In this document: one piece after another, positions 52,412 to 64,000 of the stretch | Layout of the letters: every line of letters starts with the position of its first letter | Position numbering within the stretch: the first letter of the stretch is position 1 | DNA from: Felis catus | Lineage: Eukaryota | Direction of reading: 5' to 3' | Assembly (NCBI RefSeq): GCF_018350175.1 | Contig: NC_058368.1 | Span: 180,670,001-180,734,000, forward strand | DNA: 64,000 bases | The notes under the pieces: generated by a model | What the model was told of the DNA's origin: nothing | Database searches by the model: none | The model's input: only the letters and a program-made list of their open reading frames with translations | Made by a program: the position numbers and the translations under genes

Positions 52412-53636
52412 TCAGTGATATCTGTACACACTTGTTGGTTCTACATTTCTGTTTAATGGCATGCCAGGAGTTTCAAAAAAATTACGATTAAACTCATGGC
52501 AAGTTTGTCTTTAAGTATAAACTCATAACCCAGGGCATGTGAAATACCGGCACCATGCTTTCTAAACTTCTTTGATTACTATTAACTGATCAAATATAGT
52601 AAGAGCTGGAGTCTGGGAAGCACAGGTAAAGCTTCCAATAACCTCGAATATGACTGGAGTGTTAAATTATCAGCAGGGGAGAAGAGAGTGATATTAATTT
52701 GGCACCAAATCTAATTCTTGTAGCCTTTAATTATTCTTTCCAGCCACAGACAAGTCCAATATACTCTCTGACATTTTCATAAATTAAAATAGAAAGAAGC
52801 AACTGTGAACAAAAAATTAGTCCAAAGTAAATAACTGTAGAAAATAAGGACTTGATGTCAGACTGATCTAATATTGGGGGTGACTCCTTCCTTGAGTTAG
52901 CAGGAGGGATCTAAGCACACTGTGGAAATCACACCTCTGTCATGGCATCATCATAGCATCTCTGTTGCATTTGAAATCACGAATATAGAAAATATTGGTT
53001 GCCCACATTAAGCTTCCTTCAAAACTTTAGTGAAAGGAGTTCCAGAAATACCTATTTTTAAAGAGGATTTAATAGCAATGAACCTGCTAGTACCTTCTAC
53101 ACTTCTGAGGGTGGTTTTATTTGCAAGCACAGAATTCAGGAAAATCTGGGAGTTGCTAGTAGTCACACAAGGAAAGCAGTTAATCTCTTGGAGTCTCATT
53201 TCCCTCATCCCTTAAATGGGAACACAACCTAGATGGAACCTAGTTTTATCATGGTCATTTGTGATTTGTTCAAATGGGACTTCTGAAAGAAGTTCTGGGG
53301 GACTTTTCACTTTTCAACCCATCACTTTGATGGCCTTGTGGATTGGAAAACCTCTTCTGCCCAATGGGCAAAGGATGGGAATCAAGTTCCCTTCCGCATT
53401 CTGGAACGGATGGGTTCTTGAGAAAAGTATTTATCTATATTTGGCAACAGTCCAGCGTAAAAGATTTGGATGGTCAGGAGAGGTTGTGGGAACCACAAGC
53501 AGCTGAAGGCTGGCACAAAGTGTTAGTGAAGCTGTCTGACTTAGCAGACCTGGTCTGTCACTATTCTGGCCCCTGCATTAAGACAAGACTCATAAATGAC
53601 CTTGACGCTACTTTCTCCATCTGTAAAATGGAGAGG

Positions 53637-54127
53637 TGAAATTTTTGGATTTCTGACGGTTTTCCATACCTAAATTATAAAAGAAAAACACAGAATGACT
53701 TGAGAGTGAGAGACTAAGAGAAAAATTACCAGGTGTACTCACAACTGCAAAGAAAAGACTCCCCCACTCCCTGTTCCACCGTTCCCAGCCAGGGCGTGCC
53801 CGGTTGTAGTCTGACATAAAGGCGGGAACCAGTCAAGTTCTGCTGAATGGTTTGAAATGAAGGTGGGAACCAATCAAGTTCTGCTGAGCGTTCAAATTTA
53901 AATGTTAACCAACAACAGCTCTGTAACCTCTAAAAAATATCCCTAACTTGTTTGTGCCTGTCTATAAAAGAAGCTGTAAGATCCTTACTCGGGGCCTCTT
54001 GGCGTCACCAGCAACGAGTGCACGGAGGACCGGGTTCGAACCTGCAATAAACGACCCTTGCCACTTGGCTTTGATTCTGGACTCTGGTGGTTTGTTTTCC
54101 GGGGGTCTCTCGAATCGCGGCATATCA
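53637..54127 (+). mobile_element. Solo ERV LTR (491 bp, probably class I/gamma-like), antisense to TENM2
   Basis: TG...CA termini with agg on both flanks. About 40-bp tandem U3 repeats at 53819-53898, CCAAT 53870-53874, TATAAAA 53963-53969, AATAAA 54046-54051, GT-rich U5. CpGs retained. Confidence 0.88.
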
Positions 54128-54489
54128 AGGGTATGAAGTTATTATTTTTTTCCTTTTTATTTTTTCTTTTTAAAACAAGAGAGGGAATGATTCATTTTTA
54201 TTTAGCTCAATAGGGGATCAAATAAAAAGTCAGCAAGGGCTTAAAATAAAGCAGGAGAAACAATGGTTGAGATTTTAAGAAGAAATTCTTGACCTCTAGA
54301 AAAACAAAACTAGGGAACAGGTTTCTGAGGGAAGTTTGGAAGCTCTCGTCACATAATATCGCCAAGGAAAGAAATAGATAGTAAGTCCCGAGTGGGTCAA
54401 ACCTTTGGATGCAACTAGATGGTTTATTCCTCAGACATGTTTATGTGGATAATGGACATGGAATACTTCTCTGTAGGGGGAGGAATAAT

Positions 54490-54730
54490 GCATGGTATGG
54501 AAGAAGAGAGATTCTGGGTGGAGACTGCCCTGGTTCAAATCCTACCTTTGATACTTGCTAAGTGTATCAATTCTCTATGTCTTAGTTCCCGCATCTGAAT
54601 AGTTGGGATACTATTACTTATTTCATAGGGTTGTTGTGAGGATTTAATGAGTTAATCCATGCAAAGCTCTTAATTTTAGGCACAACAGAAGTCCTAAATA
54701 AAAATTAGCTACCATTACTATTATTATCAA
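54490..54730 (+). mobile_element. MIR relic
   Basis: agactgccctggttcaaatcctacc...catagggttgttgtgaggatttaatgagttaatccatgcaaagc. Confidence 0.8.
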
Positions 54731-55509
54731 TAAGGCTCTCAGCCTAAATAGAGTGTTGTTGATTTTGCTGAAATAATGGCATGTCCAGGGGGAAATACTT
54801 GTTATCATCCATTAATCAGAAGCTCTAATTATTATAATTTGAACTAATTTGTATGTAAAAATGCTGCTTTTGGCAGACTTCTCCCCCCCCCCCCACATTA
54901 GGGTCTTTGGGGGGAAGGGATATAATAAAAAGGACCTAGTAAGGAAGAGGTGTAATAAAAAAGACCCCTGGGGAAGAATAGTTTAGGGGCCTCTGATAGA
55001 AACCAAAAATAAACCCAGCAATCACAGTGTGGCAACAAGTTAAAGACATTCATTTAAAATAAAAAAAGAATTTTAAAGAAATTATTCATCTTTAAACTTA
55101 ATAAGATGGGCTTTCCTTCATGTCTGTTGGGCTTTCAGGGGTTGCTGGGTTAATGACAGGATATGAAAAAGAAGCAGGAAATCAGCACCCATGAGCCTGC
55201 TAATCTACTGTTGAAACCTAAACGGATTTTGATAATGTCAAGCCCAATGAGGATGCAAGAGATTCACAAGGGAGCCAGCTGCCAGAGAACGGTTGCTCTG
55301 GAGGAATTCAGACAAGGAGCCTCAGGGGCTTGGTTTGTACAGCAGTGGGAGCCCTGTTCTTTTACTAGACCCAACTTCAGGACACCACCTTCTGTAAATG
55401 AGCTGCTACCATCAGCGAGTACAGGCTGCCTTTTCAGTATTCACACCTCCTCCTAGGATTTCATATGCTCCCCTTCTTCATTTCCAATCCACTAAAGGAG
55501 GAAGTACAT

Positions 55510-55735
55510 TGGGTGATGAAGTACAGGTTTTGCAGCCAGACACAGTGGGTTTAAATTCTGTCTCTGGTTCTTCCTTGCTGTGGACCTCTAGCAATTTGCT
55601 TAACCTCTCTGGGTCTCCATTCTTCTTTATAGTAACTATCTCATAGGGTGGAAGTAACAAATGGAAGTATACAAAGGGCTTTGTACAGAGCCTGGCACAT
55701 AATAATAGCAAAATATATGCTAGTTAGCTTCATTT
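55510..55735 (+). mobile_element. MIR relic
   Basis: gcaatttgcttaacctctctgggtctc...cagagcctggcacataata. Confidence 0.7.
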
Positions 55736-55793
55736 AATTAAATAAAAAAATGAAGAGCTATATGGGAAAGCACCTGGCTTTCTTTTTAGAGTA

Positions 55794-55815
55794 TTTTCCT
55801 TTTCTAAAAATTTAT

Positions 55816-55855
<40 letters not shown>

Positions 55856-56067
55856 AGACAGAGAGAGACAGAGAGAGAGAATGAATGAATGAATGTGTAT
55901 GCATGTGAGCAGAGTATCTTATGGGAAGGGGCAGGGAGAGAGGGAGAGAGAATCCTAAGCAGGTCGTCCTGGAGCCTGTTGCAGGGCTCGATCTCAGAAC
56001 TGTGAGATCATGACCTGAACCCAAATCAAGAGTCAGACAGTAAACCAACTGAATGCCTAGGGGCCCC
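55794..56067 (-). mobile_element. Can-SINE with expanded (GA)n/(GAAT)n tract
   Basis: Reverse-complement SINEC (gtgagatcatgacctgaacccaaatcaagagtcagac). Flanking tagagta repeat. Confidence 0.9.
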
Positions 56068-57232
56068 TAGAGTAAAAGATTATCTAAAAGAAAAAGAAAA
56101 AAAAAAAACCATTGCATGGATATGTGATACATATGTTTATGTATATGTGTATATCTATGTTTATATATTTGTATATCTACCAATCAAGAGACAGTGTCTA
56201 ATTCTTCTGGAATAGACTTAACTATGGGAACATGTGTAAAATTGTTGGTTGGGATCTGTTCCCACTACTGATTTTTGGTGGGACTTTCCAGAGCTGGTAT
56301 GATTACTTTACTGATAAACCTGTTTTATTGAGCAGCCCTGAAATGAAGGTCCAGGTCAGCTGCACCTTCACACTGATGCTGTCTTTTCCTTTACACCCAG
56401 CCTTCACTCCTACCATCAAATAAGTAGACTCTTTCTCCAAGTGTTCATAGCATTTACACTTAAGTCTACTGCAGGGTCCAGCACCTGTTGTTAGGTCCTA
56501 TAATTGATTTTGCTTGCCTTCATAAGTCTCTCATATTAGACACTGCACTCCCTGAGGTCAGATAGAGGTGCAAATGCATCTTTGGGTTCTATAAGGTTTG
56601 CACCTGGCAAACCATGGATGATTTATAAATGCTTGCTGAACTGAATCAAGTTTTACCTGCCCAGCTGCTGGGGTGTTTTAACATAACCCCTGTGACCACC
56701 AGGTAAAAATGAGTGCCTTAAAGTAGATTTACTTTGAAAAGTTGCATGTAAACTGACTCCCCCCCCCCCCCCGCCAGTAAAACCAAAAGCTTGAAAACTT
56801 TATGGGGAAATTTACTATTTAAAGGAAACTTCATTGAGAATCCTCTTCAAAAATCATGAATAAACTCTTAATGTATCTTTTGTATAAAACCTTATAGATA
56901 AATAAGCAAACCAGGGAGACTGGAATATAGTGGAAAGGTTGTTAGATAACAACCAAAAGCGAAGGGTCTTATTCCTGATATTTAACCTTGGACCTTTTGT
57001 GGAAAGAAACAGGGGTGTAAATGAACTTTGTTTGAACTCCCTCCTTGCTACTAAGCAGCTGACTAGTTTGAGACAGTTCTAGCTCTCAAAGTCTCTGTGT
57101 CCTTATCTACATGAGAGAGGTTTGGACTCAGAGTATCTTATGGGACATTACACTGTAGTCTACTGTGTTCTAACAGAGAGAGCTAGGGGGTGAGGAGGGG
57201 TGAGTCATCTCTGGATATATGCTACAAAGAGT

Positions 57233-57234
<2 letters not shown>

Positions 57235-57292
<58 letters not shown>
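57235..57292. repeat. (TG)n microsatellite with one CG interruption
   Basis: Visible dinucleotide run of about 29 units. Confidence 0.95.
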
Positions 57293-57449
57293 GTCCGCAG
57301 GAGGGAGGAGAGGTTATCCGATTTCACTTTTAACAAATTCAATTCGTTTAACATAAGTTACAATTACTATTAAAAGCTAGTGACTACTTTCAAAGTAAAT
57401 TCTCCAGATAATGGCAACTGAATTCTGCTTTTGCAAAGTGGAGTTTTCA

Positions 57450-57815
57450 ATACTTTTATATAAAAAAAATCTTCATTTTGAAATAATTTCAGATTTACAG
57501 TAACATTTTTAAAAAACAGTACAAAGAATTCCTGCATATCATTTACCCAGATTCCATAAATTTAATACATATTTGTCTTATCATTCTTTCTTTTCTCTAT
57601 TTTTTTTCTGAAGAATGGAGAATAAGTTACAGATAGGTTGTTCCTTTTACCTCTTGATTCTTCTATGTGTTTTTCCTAAAAACAAAGGCATTCTTTTTCA
57701 GAGCCACTGTACAGTTATCAAAAACAGTAAATTAACATTGATACAATGTATTTCTAACTTAAAGATCTGATTCAAATTTGCCAGTTGTTACACAACATTC
57801 TTTGTAACAAAGGAA
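57450..57815 (-). mobile_element. Ancient L1MC-type 3' end fragment
   Basis: attttgaaataatttcagatttacag...tttacccagattcc...tttcctaaaaacaaaggcattct...aaattaacattgataca. Confidence 0.75.
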
Positions 57816-57865
57816 AAAAAAAGCTTTTCTACATAATTAAAAAACATCTTTAAATTGAGTGTGCA

Positions 57866-58083
57866 GGGGCGCCTGGGTGGCTTAGTTGGTTAAGCGTCCG
57901 ACTTCAGCTCAGGTCATGATCTCACAGTCCGTGAGTTCGAGCCCCATGTCGGGCTCCGTGCTGACAGCTCAGAGACTGGCAGAGCCTGGAGCCTGCTTCA
58001 GATTCTGTGTGTCCCTCTCTCTCTGACCTGCCCCCATTCATGCTCTGTCTCTGTCTCAAAAATAAAACTTTAAAAAAATAAAA
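57866..58083 (+). mobile_element. Can-SINE (SINEC_Fc-type)
   Basis: Perfect 15-bp TSD taaattgagtgtgca at 57851-57865 and 58084-58098. Internal 10-bp duplication cagagactgg/cagagcctgg. Confidence 0.97.
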
Positions 58084-58489
58084 TAAATTGAGTGTGCAAA
58101 ACTTCTGTAATGTTAAAAACAATAAAAAAGGAAGAAAATGTTATGCAAACATTGCCTTGAAAGACATAAATAGGAAAGCTGTCATTTGTAAACTGCTGAA
58201 GCCAGTGTGGGGAACCATCTCAGGAGCTCTGTTCCTAGAGGTCAAGTCCCTGGGCTGGTGTCCAACAGGAGCGAAGATCTGTGTTGCTCCTGAAGGTCAA
58301 GGAGGCCAGTACCCTGAGTCAGGCTCCCAGTCCCACCAAGGAGGATCTAAATCTGGGCTCCCCCTGGCCCTGCTTGTGTTCTAGGACCCCAACGTGGTTA
58401 ATTCCTAATGGGGTGCCACTGAGAGACAGACAACAAGGAAGCAAAGTAATCACACTTTCTATCCTTTACTGAGAAGATCTGAGACCTCA

Positions 58490-58670
58490 GGAGGCATGTT
58501 GGACAGTGAAACTGTCAGCCCTGGGTTTGAATCCCAGCTCTGACAACTACTAGCTGTTGCCTTTGGGCTAACCAGTCCCTTTCTCTGGGTTTGTCTACTC
58601 ATCTGTATAATGGGGTGGTTTCTGAGGATTAACCAGGGTAACATATGTAGTACCCAATCTGTGGCACTTC
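58490..58670 (+). mobile_element. MIR relic
   Basis: cctgggtttgaatcccagctctgacaactactagctgt...tcatctgtataatgggg. Confidence 0.75.
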
Positions 58671-61600
58671 TACATCTTTCTACCCAGGTGTTGTGCTACC
58701 CAAACACAGCCATAACTATTTTTCCCAGATTTAGAGTATAAATTTATGATGGTATAGTTAAAATATAGGCTGCCCAGCATAGGTACAATGAACTAGTGTA
58801 GGTAACAATGAGATAAAGGGCCACGGGGTGGGATAGGACTCAGTGAAGCAGGAAGTCATTTTCTAGAGCAGCTGAAATCAATATTCAATGAGTGATCAAT
58901 ATGTCTATAGATAAGGAGGGACCAGTCACGTGAAGGAAGGTGCTAAAAGCAGAAAAAGTCACAAGATCGAGTTCCAAATTGCCCATGTTGCTGTATACTC
59001 TAGCTGCTTTTCAGGTGGACAAGTCTCTGGAGCCTACTTTAGCAAAAAGCTGCCAGATTTTATTTAACAATGAGTAACAAGTGTGCCAAGCAATGTTGTG
59101 CAGATCATTCATTCATACTTGATGCAACAAATATTTGTCAAGCATCTACGATGGCGCTAGGTAATTTTTGCTCAACATCAAACGTTGGGATGCACATCAT
59201 ACCCCCAGTATCCCTTATCCAGGCAGCAGGGCAAGGTCCCAGGGACTCAGTGTGGGCTTCAATTGGTGGCATCAGGAGAAGATTTAAACAGCCATCCCAT
59301 AATCATTCAGTGAAAGACTGGCCACCACCCTTGGGTTCTGGGTAGTGACTGAGCATCATGTCCTGGCAAGGAGCACTGAGTCCCACCCACATTTCCCTGA
59401 GCTGCGGCTTCTACGTCAAACTTTCCTCCCTATCTATGAGATGCAGGACCAAAAGTGGAGATGATGATCATTTTGCCCTAAAAAGCAGATGCTTCATGAT
59501 GGTTCTGGCTGATTCATCTCCAGCTTAAAGATGAGATTTCTTGGATTTTTGAGGCAACACTCTAATGATCAATCTTATAGGATAGTCCACCTCTATAACT
59601 CCACGGAAGAGTGCTCATGTAAATGTGAAGCTATTGCCTATTTCAGAAACACGTACCTAAAATTCCAACCAGTTAAATAAGACTGATGTCGAGCAAAACG
59701 ACAGCCTTCCATAGCCACATTAGGAGCTAATCATTTCAGAAAATGTTGCCATAATTCATTTATGGAAACAGCGAGACTATTCCCCAAACAAGCGATAACG
59801 GGAATGGACTCATAGTCATAGCCGGGAAATGAAACCTCATATTAATACTTCCTAAACTTAACCGAACTCCAGAGGCACCTCAGCATAAATCTGCCTTACA
59901 GATTATTCTGCCTCACATATTTTTATCTATTGCAAATAAAGTTGAATTCAGATTATTGCTTCAGTCATTACACCTCGTTTCCATTTATTTGGGAATCAGG
60001 ACAACCATCTGAAGCTTCTGTTTAACCAAGAGATAGGCAAAGAGATTCTTCTAAGGACATTAGATTCACTGCCTTAACACTACAGCTCCTGTGAATCAGC
60101 CTTCACCCTGCTGCTGGCTGGCTATTCTTCGGGAATAGATTTCTATCCTCAGTGTTCACTGCTCCCATGATGTATTCACAACATCACACAGCAATAATGA
60201 TTTTTATAAAATCCTTCAGCAGTTGGGACTACATGTGGCCTTTACATCTTTTGAAACCCAATTTGTCACCTTAGATAAAAATGGCCAACTCTTTGCCACT
60301 AGGGGAATTAACAGACATTTATTTATCTGACCATTCAGGTGAGCATGATTCTGCATTAATATGTAGTTCAGTTTATTAGTGTTATTTATAGCAGCTAAAA
60401 TTTACTGAGTGGTTACTGCTGGCCATGCCATCTCCTGATATGTTTGTGACTTTTCCGGTTTTCAGATTAGAGAACCATGAAAATACAGTGACTTGCTTAA
60501 GGTCACACAGCTCTTAAGTGGTAGAACTGGGATCCAAAGTACGAACGCTTCCAGAACCCACATTTCTAATCACCCCGCTGACTGCTTTTCAGACATTGGC
60601 CTAAATACAAGACATACAAAGAGGTGTGTATCCAAACAGGTGGCAGGGACCACCCTCTGGATGTACCGGTCAACTCTGAAAGGGAAACGTGCCAGCACAA
60701 GTGAGGATAAATGCACTAGGGAGGGAGATAGATTATCTTGCTATTAATACCCATGTCAAGCCACAATGATGTCAGGTACAACAGAAATTATACAACTTAG
60801 AACGGGGTTGTGGGTAGCAATCAGAAGCTAAAATCAGCAATATGAAGCACGTAAGCAGTACTCACATGTAACAAAGGGAGAATAAGATGGCCTCCAAACT
60901 GAGAGGAGTTGTTACATTGGTATGTAGGCTATTGGTATATTTGCCAGTAGACGTGCAGTATTGTAATGGTTGGCTCAAACATAACCACCCCTTGCCCTTC
61001 TGGGAACTTCACTGACTTTGAAAAAGCCCCATGTAGAGAAGTGATCATTTTGAAACCCTGGGCTGTGTTCATTGAGAGGCTGACAAGAGCCAGAGGAAGA
61101 ATTACCAACCTCCCTGCTAATCTGGCTCCTAGTACCATGCATTAAGCCAACTAGTAAAAATCATTATGAAGTTTTTGCTGAAAGGGCAAGTGTAGAAAAA
61201 CATGTTTCTAAACAGAATAACAGTCTTTGCCATTTTTTTCCAACTTGCATACCATCTGGAAATTCTGATTTTTTTTTCAAAGGGTAGGAAAGAAATGTGC
61301 TCCAGGCACAAATAAATGTTTACAGCTGAGTTATAAACCGAGAATGGTGGGGCTTAAAACAGACAGTCTGGCAGTGATGGAACTCAAGCTGCAGTGAGAC
61401 AAATAATGCTGTGGGGAACGGGCCAGCTTGTTTCGCACATTGGCCCTTATGAATGGGAAGTCTTGCTTCCCACTGACCTCATCAAGCAAATGTTTGGGAA
61501 GAAGTCTCCACATCTGGGTTGGTTCTAATTCTTAGAAGGCAAAGGGAAAAGATGAAGCAGAACGACTCTCTATCTTGACATTCTGAAGGCAGCCTTCACC

Positions 61601-61689
61601 TTTGGAAACTACAATACCTCATAAGAAGTGTCAGCCCGTGGATGCTTGTTAAATGGAGTAACTGAGAGATCGCATGATGATGTCAGTGA

Positions 61690-61900
61690 CAACTAATATT
61701 CCCGGATCTCTTATTAACTGCCTGATGCCACACACCATGTTTTACAAGCACTGTCTCCTTTATACTGGATGCCAAGTGTGAGGAGTTCCATTTTACGGAT
61801 GAGGAATTGGTGGCTGAGGGAGGACAAATGACCTGCTTATGTTCAAGCAGCTAAGTGATGGAGCTGACAGTTGTAACCAGCTGGACCAACTCTAGAGTCA
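61690..61900 (-). mobile_element. MIR relic
   Basis: ccattttacggatgaggaattggtggctgaggg...cagctaagtgatggagctg. Confidence 0.65.
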
Positions 61901-62070
61901 TATGTTACACAGAATCTGTCGATGCAATGTTACCCAAAATATGCCCAACCCTTGGTCAAGACGGAAAGGCTCATCTATTGGGAGTTTGGTCTCTTCTGCC
62001 TCATCTCCTATAATTTATAGTTGCAGAACAGTCCAAAGAGAGCAGACATAAGTTTTCAAATGATACAGAG

Positions 62071-62278
62071 TAGTAGGCAAACTTCCATAATGGGTCAGGT
62101 AACAAATATTTTATGCTTTAGTGGGCCATCTCATCTCTGTTGCATCTAAGCTCCATTGTTGTAGTGCAAAAGCAGCCATAGGCAATGAATGAATATGGCT
62201 GTGCTCCAATAAAACTTTATTTGCAAAAACACATGGCTGGCCTGATTTGGTTCATGAGATGTTATTTGCTGACCTCTG
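62071..62278 (+). mobile_element. MER58A-like hAT-Charlie MITE
   Basis: ggcaaact...tgtagtgcaaaagcagccataggcaat...ggctgtgctccaataaaactttattt...tttgctgacctctg. TSD-like atacagag / atatagag. Confidence 0.82.
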
Positions 62279-64000
62279 ATATAGAGGACACCTTGACTTT
62301 AAAATGAGTGATAGGTTTTGAGAATGATCCATGAAATTCTACTTGGGAGTTTATTCTTTCTTAAGATCAGTGCACAAATTGGCTACATGTGATGTGCCCT
62401 TTAAAAGCTCTTGTATTCTTTGCCTCTGGGCCTAGCCAATCAAACTGGATTCCCTTATGTTATCTGACCAGGTCAGAACACTGTATTGAATCTTCGTTCT
62501 CAAGGCTTATCTAATCCCAGATCTATAGAAAAAGTGCTCTGTGCTCTTGTAATGAAGATGTATGAGTTCATTCCTTTTAACATAGAAATACACTCGAGAT
62601 GGTGAGTGATTCTGGCAGTCTGTGGGCTCCCTTTTCTTGATGTGAAACCCAACAACCAAACCAACCACATGAAGGTTTAATTGAAAGAGAGAATGGAGAA
62701 AAAATAAACCATGAACAACAACAAATGGAAAAGGGAAGACAAAGCCCAAAGAACATACTCTCCTAACTAATTAATCAAGTGCTTTGTTTCCACTAACATA
62801 TCAGAGAGTGTAGGCTGCCCTGTCTATTAGAGTCCTTTCCAAATCTGAGCAATGTAAACACTCCTAAAGACCAAGTAATGAAATCTCTATCGATGTGCCA
62901 TCTTAGATGGAACTCACATACCCTTGTTTTGCTTACATTTTAATTTGCTTCTGCTGGATACTTACCCAGTAATTGCTTAATAAGATTAACCTCCCTGGCA
63001 ATGTGTGGTGTATCTTGATTAAAACATTATCAGAGTGAAGGATTATCGTATACCACAAAAAAAATGGAGGGGGTGTTATTTAATTAACTTATTGCCAATA
63101 TATCTTGATTGTCTCTTTGAAACACTGGAAAACTAGTCGATGGGAATTGATTCAGGTTATCTAAATGTATAGAATTGGGGAGTGGGGAGGAGGGAGGTCA
63201 CTAGGTAAAGAAATTGAAACCTGAGGTTCACTTTTTCAAAAAGACATAGGTGGCTGTGAGAAAGCCAAAATCTTTCTAGTTATTTTTTTAGACCAAACTT
63301 TACAACAGCTTGAGAGATCTGCTGTCTTTGGTCATAAGAAGAGTACTCTTTGGTGTTCAGAAAGGAGATGTTCCCAGTTTTCGTTCAACTTTATTTTAAA
63401 TTCTCACACTTTTTCATAAGAGTCCTATTGACAGAATTCATTGGACAACAATTTGGCAACCATTTTACTATCTTGTAAACTCATTTGGAAAATAACTGGT
63501 GATGTTACAGGACTTAAAAAAGCATGTTGCATCTGAGGGGGATAATTCTGGTCTTTCCAAAGGCACTGTGGAAAGTGTTTCTTCATTTAATTGAGAGACA
63601 CTGGACTCTTAGTTAGGACTTGTTCTCTTCAGGGAATCTTCAGTGCTGCTGATATGGGATGTTCAAGTGGGGGTGGGAGTTGGAAACAAAACTTAATCAC
63701 AAATGCGCAGAGTGGCTGACCTTAACTTATGGAAGTTAGTGCCAATCTGTGAGTCTCTTCGGTAAAGGATGCTATTTAAGAAGCATTTGCATGTAACTTC
63801 AGAATGTATACATACCAAATATATACCTGTGCCCCATGAGCGAATATGCATATTCACTTTCAAATGTGTGTTCTGCATTCTTCTCAAGGGGCAGGGTGCT
63901 GCTGACTTGTAGATTAAAGGGAGCTTAGGGATCAGAAGCAGCAGAGACCCCCTAAAGCGTTTCTCCAAGAGCAGCACCATGGACCTCTTGGGCAGGATCA

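Overview
Mammalian genomic DNA, almost certainly felid: it carries young SINEC_Fc-type Can-SINEs and an L1_Fc-type 3' end. The whole window lies inside the teneurin-2 gene (TENM2) on the minus strand. Three internal coding exons are visible (52181-52386, 29668-29863, 22721-22822). They have canonical AG/GT boundaries, join in frame, and encode the extracellular linker (including the RERR furin-type site) and EGF repeat 1. The rest is intron: a decayed near-full-length L1 antisense to the gene with two nested SINEs, about 15 Can-SINEs in total, truncated L1s with target-site duplications (TSDs), a CpG-rich solo ERV LTR, an ancient three-level L2/MADE2/LTR nest, MIR/L2/MER relics, microsatellites, and several non-repetitive motif-dense blocks that look like conserved non-coding elements. 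I find no support for a novel multi-gene system. Almost all other ORFs in the track are repeat-derived or chance. The best leads are a textbook 50-nt exon on the antisense strand (26566-26615), the intact solo LTR promoter, possible regulated in-frame skipping of the EGF1 exon, and inverted SINE pairs. Repeat family names are from recalled consensus sequences, not from a search.
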